This document shows positions 1-8,372 of a stretch of DNA of 11,875 nucleotides, piece by piece. The notes under the pieces are model-generated. The model saw only the letters and a list, made by a program, of their open reading frames with translations. It had not been told where the DNA came from and searched no databases. The translations under genes and the position numbers were made by a program. Source of the stretch: Paraspadella gotoi (Eukaryota; Animalia; Chaetognatha); NCBI GenBank assembly GCA_051294375.1, contig CM119264.1, positions 28,487,132-28,499,006 on the forward strand, in the 5' to 3' direction. The first letter of the stretch is position 1. Every line of letters starts with the position of its first letter.

Positions 1-230
1 TTTTTTTGTCTTTTCCTTTTTCCTCAACTTTGTCCATGTCCATTTTTATCTTTGACTTCAACTTTCGTTAACCTTTTCTTTAGCTGTAACTTTTTTCTCA
101 ACTTTGGTGTCTTACAACAAATATTGAATCAATAATCATTAGGAAATGTTCACAATTCTTTTTATTCTACCTCTATAAAAAGAACCGTGTACAGTTAATA
201 CGTCGTGTTTAGCATTAGATGTTATCTGTT
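1..230 (+). repeat. Diverged direct copy of ~3966-4230
   Basis: Colinear shared blocks include CAACTTT.TCCA.TGTC.AT, TTTATC.TT.GACTTCAACTTTCG (45-66 vs 4015-4037), TTAGC, TTACAA and TTGAAT. Most differences are indels. Confidence 0.7.
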
Positions 231-322
231 CGGTCACTTCGTCTCGTTGGTGTATGCAGATCTACTTAGTGAAATGCTCATGTAAGGTTGAACTTGAATG
301 TTTTGGTAATGTTAATGTATGT

Positions 323-2768
323 TTATATCAGTACGCCGCGTAACCTTATTTTTAAAAAATCTCTAAGCGCAGTTTTCCTTCGCGCATGACCGAGTAACCC
401 ATTTGTACCCATAAATTTCGGACTAGGCATAGGGTCAATGCCCCGTTGTAAGGTAGCATCTAACTCGTGTCCTCGCCTCTTGTAGTCTCGAAAGCGACCA
501 GCTGTTTGGCTTAGCGTGGAAACCTCCGTAGTTAACACTAATTTAATAGCATTTTTTGGCGAATCGTTTAACCGCAGAGCCTCGCCAGGATTCACCAAAT
601 CATTAGCGTTAACGAACGAATAAATCAAGCGCGCAGTGCCCACACTGAGCAATTTTTGGCCGCTCTGCGATGTTGGATGGAAAAGTCGCATTGCACAAAT
701 GCACACTTGCACACGATGGTTGGGGGTTGGGGGCTGGGGGAGGCTTTTCTACTATTAGGTCTGGATCCTATTGAACATTAACCGCGCACGGAGAACAAGA
801 GCCAACGTGCCAAAGTGCCAAGTGGCGGCAGTGCAGTGCGCATTACCACAGTATGCCCCAATTGCATACCCAGTGCTCTCTAGGCTGATAGGTTGGACCA
901 GAATTTGAAGCGCGACGGAGAACAGGAGCCTATAGTCGTGCCCAAGTGCCAAGTGGGCAGCGAGTGCGATTTGCACAATGCATCCAAATGCATGACGCAC
1001 AGTGCCTCTACTATTGTTGGACCCGCAGGTAGAACAGAGCCAAGTCCAAGTGAGCGACACAGTGCGGCATTGCCAAAGTGCCACCACCTTGCACAGTGCT
1101 TGCTAACCTATTGTTGGACCGGCATGGAGCAATCTAGAGCCAAGTGCCACAGTGCAAGTGCGCACAGTGCGCATTGGCATCCACCTTGCAAAGCAATTGC
1201 ACAGTGCTTCTAACTATTAGATGGACGCGCACGGGAGAACAGAGCCAAGTGCAACGTGCCAAGTGCGCACAGGTGCGCATTTGGCAGCGCCAAATGCACC
1301 AATTGTGCGACAGTGCTCTGACCTATTAGTTGGGAACGCATGCGGAGATAACAGAGTCCGATAGATGCCAAGTGCCAAGTGCGCACAGTGCGCATTGCAA
1401 CAATGCACAAACTTGCACAGTGCTGCTACTATTGTTTGGACCGCACGGAGAATCAGAGCGAAGTGTGCCAAGTTGCCAAGTGCGCACAAGTGCGCATGTG
1501 ACACATGCACAATTTGACAGCCGTGCTCTGCCAACTACTTGTTGGAAGAAAAGCCGCGAGCACAGTAGGAAGACAGAAGCCAAGTCTAAGTGCCAAAGTG
1601 CCGCACAGTGCCGCATGTGCATCAAAATGCACACATGTTGCACTCTAGAGACTCCTACTATGTGTGGATGGACCCGCACCGGAGAACCCACGAGCCAAGT
1701 CGACCATGCCGAAGTGCGCACAAGTGCGTGGCATTGCACAGTGGCGTGGATGCACACTTGCACAGATAGCTGCTAGAACCTTATTGTTGGACCCGCACGG
1801 AAGAAAGAGCCATACGTGCCATGCAAAGATCGCGCACAGTGCGCCATTGGCACCAATGCACACTTGATCGAGAACATGCTCTACTATATCAGCGTTGGAT
1901 AGAACCGATCAATGACGAGAAACAGAGCTCGAAGTGTCTCTCAGTTTTATAAAAAAAAATGTAAAGCCAAAGCTGTGGGTTACAACGTTTACGCTTGCAG
2001 AAGGAATATTATGACAAGCAAAGCCGTGGGCGGGCAATCCCTCTCCAAGAACCGAAAAGAGGGCATCACTTGTCAAGAAGTGGGTACTTCCCTTATAAGA
2101 AGTGAGTCATTCCTATAGAAACCGAAGAAGTACGTCACCAACTAGGATTCGTCTTCAGAAACCGAAGAAGTAGGCTATGGCCATGACTCAGTAAACCTGA
2201 AGAAACCGGGCATTTCCTCATCAGAGCATACTCGAAGAAGTGGGCATTCGTCTCAGAACCGGAGAGTAAAACACGAGGGCCATTCTTCTCAGAGAACCCT
2301 CATAATTATGAAGAACCGGGCATTCCTCTCAGCAAACCGAAGAATAGGCATTCTCTCGAGAACCGAAGAAGTGGGCATTCCTCTCAGAACCGAAGACGTG
2401 GGCCAAATCCTCCTCGCAGAGTAGGCGTTTTCTCGCAGGTGGAGATTAGTCCTCTTTCTCTTGGTTGGATCTCGAAAACGCGAGGGGCGTTTCCAATTAA
2501 GTCGAAGTCGTTACTACGGTGTTACTCGCCAGAAACTTCGACGTTGTTACGCATTCCGCCTCAAAGTTCCGAGACTGGAGATTTAGGTGAAGCGTATTTT
2601 TTCGAGAGCTTTGTAACTACCTGGCGCTTTTTTTAGGATAAGGTAATGGGTGGAGGAGGGCGACCAGAGATTGGTTTTTAGACACGGAGATACTAAAGAG
2701 CCCGTTGGGTTTGTGGTGTCTGTTGTCTCGGTTGTTGCTGGTGTGATTCAGCCAAGCGAAATTAGAAC
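323..2768 (-). CDS. Putative long exon of a multi-RanBP2-type zinc-finger protein: Ser/Thr/Pro-rich region, 9-aa repeats, finger array, short tail. The frame is broken by many indels as assembled
   Basis: One continuous GC-elevated block. Both repeat units are multiples of 3 (27 and 93 bp) and each has stop-free minus-strand frames. Minus-strand peptide ITPATTETTDTTNPTGSLVSP lies at ~2745-2685, a pyrimidine-rich acceptor-like tract at ~2820-2769, and a 390-nt open minus frame (323..712) follows the array. No intact ORF spans the block, so the boundaries are approximate and a pseudogene cannot be excluded. Confidence 0.5.
686..1937 (-). repeat. Tandem array of 11 units with a ~93-bp consensus; the minus-strand consensus encodes one RanBP2-type (NZF) C4 zinc finger per unit
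   Basis: The anchor CTACTATTGTTGGACC recurs at ~749, 880, 1007, 1103, 1210, 1318, 1426, 1533, 1655, 1778 and 1881. By-eye plus-strand consensus: CTCTACTATTGTTGGACCCGCACGGAGAACAGA(GCCAAGT)3GCGCACAGTGCGCATTGCACAATGCACACTTGCACAGTG = 93 bp. Its reverse complement translates to WLCSPCGSNNSRALCKCALCNAHCAHLALGT. Fragments appear directly in the ORF track: WLCSTCGSNNSR (755..1087), LPCGSNN (1645..1863), SPCGPNNS (1326..1763) and ALCKFVHCCNAHCAHLALG (1217..1534). The repeat itself is certain; the coding interpretation rests on the consensus. Confidence 0.9.
2026..2432. repeat. 27-bp minisatellite, roughly 12-14 degenerate copies, consensus GAACCGAAGAAGTGGGCATTCCTCTCA
   Basis: A clean copy is at ~2360-2386. 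GAAGAAG..GGGCATTC..CTCAG recurs from ~2030 to ~2420, and a few shorter ~18-bp variants lie near 2075-2118. The open minus-strand frames read LRGMPTSSV or SERNAHFFG. Confidence 0.88.
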
Positions 2769-3263
2769 ATGAAAAATATGGAAGTGGAATGAAAGATTTA
2801 GGTTGGAGAGAAAAAGACTGAGCGGATTTAATCTTTTTTTTTTGTAACAAAGAATGTTTGCGTGTGGCAGACCTTTCATTATCTTCATATTACCGTATTG
2901 TACTCAGATGACGTAAGATAACAAACTACTATCAAGCTTTTGGGCTTTATAGTCTGTACCAAGGAAACCTCCGTCTTATTCCGTTATTGTCATTTTCTCG
3001 TTTCTACAGTATTGCGTTTTTTATTTATCTTTGTTGTGCAATGTTCCGCGATGGATTTTAAACCATATTTAACACTCGCAGTCAAACCCTCTGTCTGTCT
3101 CCTTACCCATCTTTGAGGGACTCACACTTGTTCCCTTCATAAACCTAAACTACCTTAAATTACGACTTGTGAGAGAGACGAACGAAGAAGGAAAAAAACT
3201 TGGGAGAGAAAACAAAGCTTTTCACGAGTTTAAACGTGACAGGCGTTTGGATGTCGAACATAC

Positions 3264-3470
3264 CGGTTTTCGAAGTTGTTTGTGAATGCTGTTTTGAAGG
3301 TCGCTTAGTATGCGCGACCGTGATTTTTAAAACGAGTGGTTGCCCGAAAACTTAGAATCAGCGTTGGATTGAAGATTACTCCTTGTAACAGAGACCAGAA
3401 GGTGATTTCGGTGGTGACTGCGTTTCTTTGAACAGACGCCACGTTGGCGGAAGCACGCGCTATTCTGGCG
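3264..3470 (-). CDS. Candidate upstream exon fragment (Ser/Thr/Lys-rich), possibly from the same zinc-finger gene
   Basis: GC-elevated island that ends at a canonical donor CCG|GTATGT (GT at 3263-3262, minus strand). Frame pieces read SVTRSNLQSNADSKFSGNHS and KITVAHTKRPSKQHSQTTSKT. Frameshifts are required and no homology was recognised. Confidence 0.3.
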
Positions 3471-3502
3471 TGTGTCACTCTCTCGATATACATAGTTTAT
3501 TA

Positions 3503-3531
3503 CTCTCTCTCTCTCTATCTCCTATCTCTCT

Positions 3532-3580
<49 letters not shown>

Positions 3581-3730
3581 GCTCATGCGGCCGAGTCCTC
3601 TTCTCATCGCTCTCTCTCTCACCTCAGCTCTCATCACCTCGTCATATCGAAATACTCGCGTATCTCTACATCTCTCCCTTGTCTATCTGTCATTTTATGT
3701 CTCTCTCCCGGTCGCTCTCAGACTCTCGTT
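3503..3730. repeat. (CT)n microsatellite with a degenerate tail
   Basis: Nearly pure CT run at ~3539-3577, with interrupted CT tracts on both sides. Confidence 0.95.
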
Positions 3731-3965
3731 CCTCTGCGGTGTGCAAAGAAGATCAAGAACGAGAAACGCGACGTCGTGAGACGCACCCGGCAGAGAGCTA
3801 TCTGTTCGCCATGTGGTGTCGTGAACCCGCAACATATCAAACTCTCAGACTTTATGACGGACAAGGGTTTCTCCAACGATAAGAAGAGGATCTAACGTAA
3901 CAAGCAACTGGGTCATTTTTACAAAAACTTTGTCTTTGTCCTTTAATCCTTCTTTTAACGCTCTG

Positions 3966-4230
3966 TTTTTTCGTTTTTCCTCTTTTTCCTTCCAACTTTT
4001 CCACTGTCAATATGTTTATCCTTGGACTTCAACTTTCGCGCCATTTATACATTTTTCTATTAGCCTTGACGCTTCTTTCACTCATCTTTTGATAGGTTCT
4101 TTACAATATAATTATTTGAATTAATTAAAGATTACATATAAGGCAACAAGTCCTTCACAAACTCTCGAACAAATGATCGGTGTTCATTGTTAAGTTTTTT
4201 TTAAACTCCGTCTTAAATGTGTTATTTTGT
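3966..4230 (+). repeat. Diverged direct copy of ~1-230, lying just before a 25-N gap
   Basis: Same colinear blocks as 1-230; this copy is the longer, insertion-rich version. Confidence 0.7.
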
Positions 4231-4277
4231 AAATTGAAAACGAAAAATATGTTCGGAAAAATCAAATCAAACAAAAC

Positions 4278-4302
4278 NNNNNNNNNNNNNNNNNNNNNNN
4301 NN
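4278..4302. other. Assembly gap, 25 N
   Basis: Run of 25 N counted in the sequence. Confidence 0.98.
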
Positions 4303-4579
4303 AAAAAAACAAAGATGACGCGTTAATTCTCTGAAGAATCTTCTCATTTGTTTTGACGGCGGGAAATCCTTTGTTTGTTTGTTTATTCATTCATTCGAGC
4401 GAAAAAAATAAACGTTTATCTTAAATCAACGAAGAAAAAAAAATGGCGTCTGTTTTTTTTTATTTTTTCGTTTCCTTTTTTTTCCCTTTTTTTTCGCGAC
4501 GTCAGATGTTGAGAGCCTAAGAAGTTAGAAGGTGTTTTTAGGGAAAAAATAAGCGCGAAGATCTCGAGACGGAGACGAA

Positions 4580-4919
4580 AGCGACGATGACGATGATGAC
4601 GAAGAATAACGCGACCGAAAAAAAAAATATGATCGTGACGATGATGAAGAATAATAAGAATAAACAAGAAATTTAGGAGGACGACTCAGTTGAGCGAAAG
4701 ATGGACTGAATCTGATGACATAAATAAAATATTCGCATTGATTGATGACAAAGTAAAGAAAAAGTAGAAAATGATGACAATGATGACGTTGAAAAGTGTA
4801 GGGAAAAAGACGACTTAGACCGAAATAATGACAAAGACGATGGTTAGGGACGATGATGAAGATGACGACGTAGACGAAGACGATAACGATGAAAAAAGAA
4901 TATCACGTCGAAAAAAAGA

Positions 4920-4960
<41 letters not shown>

Positions 4961-5150
4961 AGATGATAACAATGAATAAGAAAACCCTTTTGCCTAAATC
5001 TACGACGACGACGACGACGACGACGAGACGAAACGACGAAAACGATGAATAAGAATACTACGTCACGAAAACGTAAACGAATATGGCGAAAAGACACGAC
5101 GACGACGACGAACGACACGACGACGACCGACGCGACGACGACGAGACGTC
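4580..5150. repeat. (ACG/ATG)n trinucleotide microsatellite cluster
   Basis: Perfect (ACG)13 at 4921-4959, further runs at ~5002-5025 and ~5096-5143, and degenerate GAT/GAC repeats upstream. Confidence 0.93.
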
Positions 5151-5312
5151 GAAGGAACGAAATTGCGATGCGCTTCAGTTCAAGTTATGGAGATTTCCGC
5201 GAGAGGGGGGGGTCGGGGGGGGGAGGGGAGGGCGCGGTCGCTTTTGAAAATAGCGAAGGAAGAGGAGGAGGTAAGGCGGCGAAAAGGGAGCTATATTTCG
5301 TAGAAGGTGTTC

Positions 5313-5320
5313 CTCTCATC

Positions 5321-5360
<40 letters not shown>

Positions 5361-5390
5361 GTCCTCTCCTCTCCCTCTCGTCCTCTCTCA
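5313..5390. repeat. (CT)n microsatellite
   Basis: Interrupted CT dinucleotide run. Confidence 0.93.
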
Positions 5391-5744
5391 CATATCGGAC
5401 CCATTTTCCCCTTTTTCCCGCGGTTATTTTGGCTCCATCGTTGAGCGGAAAATCTATTTTTTAGCTCTTGTCGGTCGCATGACAAGATGGGTCTTTTGTT
5501 AAAGTTTGTTTGTTTATATAGACGTTATAAATACGCGCCATTAGAATCTAAAGTAAAACTTAACTTAACTTATAGACTTAAAAATATTACATTACGTTTT
5601 CATATTCCGATATAAATAGAAAACAAAAATTTATATCGCGTAACGTAAAAGTGAATTATTGTTTCAGTCAGTCATTATTAATTGTTATCTTATATTGTTA
5701 TTTACATTCATTACTTCCATACTGTTCTATATTTATCACTATAT

Positions 5745-5880
5745 TCTCTCTCTGCTTTCTCTCTCTTCTTTCATTCTTCTCTCGTCCTCTCATCCTCTCG
5801 TCTCTCCTGCTGCTCTCTCTCCTCTCTCCTCTCTCTCTTTCTCCCTTTTCCTCCCTCCCCCTTTTCCTTCTCCTTTTGTC
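5745..5880. repeat. Degenerate (CT)n / polypyrimidine tract
   Basis: Interrupted CT repeats. Confidence 0.85.
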
Positions 5881-6006
5881 GACAAACAAAAGAATCGTTG
5901 CATTTTTCTATCTTTTCTCTTCTCGAGTTAAAGAATCAATAATTAATTTTAAAATTATTTACATTCGGCAATGAGAATGGTTGAAAGCGATCCTCGTTCC
6001 GCAGGT

Positions 6007-6073
6007 GAGAGAAGGGAGAGGAGTAAGGAGAGGAGATGCGAGAACGAAGAGGCGAGCAGACGAGAGAGGAGAG

Positions 6074-6118
<45 letters not shown>

Positions 6119-6300
6119 GAGAAGAGAGAGAGCAATCTCCAGGGTGAGATAGAAAATGTGGAAAACGTTTAACGACGACATGGCCATGGAAGAATGTTTT
6201 CTTTTTTTAAGCCCTTTAATTGAGTGAGAGCAGCACGAGAGAGAGGACGAGAGAAGAGAGAGAGAGAGACTAGAGAGAGAACGCCGGGGCGAACTGAGAA
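6007..6300. repeat. (GA)n microsatellites / polypurine tracts
   Basis: Pure GA run at ~6080-6117 and a second interrupted tract at ~6226-6280. Confidence 0.93.
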
Positions 6301-8157
6301 GCAGAAAGAATTCAAAAAGAGATACAACCATGCCCGCGGCTTCGCTGGTGGGGGAATCCCGCGATGAGAGTAGTAATTGTGTTTCACAGATCTTTAACAA
6401 ATTAGCCTTTGTTTAAAAAAAACTTTCTTTTTCTTTTGGTCGTCGAATGAATTACCCTTAGGAGGAATTTCACTTGCTAATCTGGGTTGAGGGAGAGGAT
6501 GGACGATGGGAGGGCGGTGGAAGGAGGGGGGAGCGAGAGGGAAGGGAGGAGGAAGAGGGAGAGGAGGGGAGTCGCAGTGGCATGAGAAGACAGAAATGAC
6601 TAGTAGGAAAGGTGCCTTCTGATGTGACGAATAACGTGCAGAGACCACGGTTGAACCACGCCCCATCGCTGGTATCTCTTGTCCTGCGAGGCTATAAAGG
6701 AGGTAATGAGGGAAGATTGTTATAATTTTAAGTTATAACGATAGTAATGAAAAATGTGTTACACAACGAGAATTCGACTTGTTTAATATTTATACTTATG
6801 ACAGACGTTCGTTACAGAAAAAAGAAATGGGAAAATAAGGCATTCTTCACAATTCCAACCGGACAGTTTATGCCTAACAAAGAAGACCAATAGTTTAAAC
6901 TCATAGTTTATGAAAAAATTTTGAAAATTCCATGTTGCTTGTTGTTTACAATACTTGAAGTTATAAATAGATATAATTTTTTAATATTTTATAGTAAATT
7001 TTAAAGAAAAATAAAATGTAAAATTTAATAAATTTTACATTATAATATTCGATTTAATTATATTCTTTATATAAGTGAAGTATTTTCTTTTATATAAATT
7101 TATAATGTAATGGGGAGAGGTTAGTCAGTTGTCCTTCTCTGGAAAATTTTAGGAGGGAGCGCATAATTCTATAACAACACAAAGTTAAAAGTTTCAGCTG
7201 TTTCCTGCCACTTATAGATATTGACAATAATGTCTTTCGTTAAAGTCATATGTTTATTGAAAATATTTCAAAATATCTAAAATGAAGGGATAATTTTGTC
7301 TATGGGATCGAAGGTTATTTTATGGATTCGTTTTTATGCTTTTAATTATTTCTTTCGTTCCTTAAACCCCATAATGGTTAGAGTTTTGGAGGCAAACCGG
7401 CGCAATAACCCCTAAGAGACTGGAAGTGGGCGGAAAAAGGCGCCAGAGAAAGAATATCTTAAAAATTGTCCCGGTAACCTCCCCGCCCTCCCTTTCTCTG
7501 AAAAAAATAAAAAAACCAGAAGCCGACTCGAAAGAAATTGTTTAACTTTTTTCCGTGCTGGGATTTTCCCTTCTATTTTGTTTTTGCGGACCTCTTTTCC
7601 GACTTTTTTAAAAACTAATAAGCGGCAAAAACGCGAAAAGATTTTTCAGGAAGGACATGAATCTCTCCGTATTTCGTTTTCGTCGTTTGCGGCCGGCTTC
7701 GACCTGCTTTTACAAGTCTGCCCGCCTTTTAATAACTTATTTTATTACGGCTTCGCTTCTCCTCTTCTCTGCTCCTCGCTCTCTTTTTCTTCCTATCTCT
7801 CTCCGCGCTTTTATCCATGTTGTATTTGTTCTCCATCTGCTTTTCAAACCCTCTTGTCCTTTTTTTAACAACTGAGTCTGACGCACAAATAAACTTCTTT
7901 AGACTTACCCCTTTGTCCTTTGTATCTCCACTTTGTAGGCTTGTTCGCGTTCAATCCGTTTACACCCCACCCCCACTAAAATATCCATAATTGACGGCTT
8001 CTTCCCCATTTGGTTGTCCCTGCCGCCGCTTTGACTACTCTAGTTCTGTCTAACTGAGCGAAAAGTCCGATTCTTTAACAACTTCGCTGAGATTCGTGAA
8101 AATTTCGGTGATTCATCTACCAGCCATGTGGTTTCACTGGTTCACTGCTTTCAATTT

Positions 8158-8192
8158 TCGTCGTCGTCGTAGTCGTCGCCGTTCGTCGTCGT
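8158..8192. repeat. (TCG)n imperfect microsatellite
   Basis: TCGTCGTCGTCGTAGTCGTCGCCGTTCGTCGTCG. Confidence 0.85.
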
Positions 8193-8372
8193 CAGTGATT
8201 GTTCTTCGGCGTCCCAAATTTCTTTCCCCAAAAAAAAAATTTCCAGATTTAGATTGTTGTTTTTTTTTTTTCAAGCGCGAAAAACTTTATTTTTTATAAA
8301 TTTTTATTTTGATTGACGCCGGACGTACGTCATCGAAACCAAACAAGGCTTTTAATTTTCATTTCCTCTTAC

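Larger units (their letters stand above)
5449..7276 (+). repeat. Copy 1 (noisy, insertion-rich) of a duplicated segment that recurs at 10792-11875
   Basis: 5449-5750 matches 10792-11071 (e.g. TTAGAATCTAAAGTAAAACTTAACTTAACTT). 6320-7020 matches 11082-11578 (e.g. TTTGGTCGTCGAATGA, CATAGTTTATGAAAAA). 7161-7276 matches 11777-11875 (CAACACAAAGTTAAAAGTT). Confidence 0.93.

Noticed and set aside
717-743. G-run cluster GGTTGGGGGTTGGGGGCTGGGGGAGG as a G-quadruplex or telomere-like element
   Set aside because: It has only three full G-runs, interrupts one repeat unit and is absent from the other ten, so it is most likely read noise.
893-1867. Plus-strand Cys/His-rich ORFs (893..1213, 1144..1329, 1330..1776, 1664..1867) as metallothionein-like genes
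   Set aside because: They are antisense readings of the repeat, whose consensus has no plus-strand stops. They wander between frames and show no consistent motif, whereas the minus frame matches a defined domain.
686-2432. CRISPR array interpretation of the 93-bp and 27-bp repeats
   Set aside because: The units are head-to-tail with no unique spacers, there are no cas genes, and the context is eukaryotic.
3428-3895. ORFs with SLSLSL runs (also 5045..5464, 5651..6400)
   Set aside because: They are translations of CT/GA microsatellites, which lack stop codons.
4828-5118. Poly-Thr/Arg/Asp ORFs
   Set aside because: They are translations of the (ACG)n microsatellite, with no other coding evidence.
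5557-5572. (AACTT)3, also at ~10901, as an arthropod telomeric (TTAGG/AACCT) repeat
   Set aside because: Only three copies and not the canonical unit.
7600-7702. Possible small minus-strand exon (GCAG|GTCGAAGCCGGCCGC..., VEAGRKRRKRNTERFMSFLKNLF)
   Set aside because: The acceptor has a weak pyrimidine tract, the frame is short and no homology was recognised, so support is insufficient.
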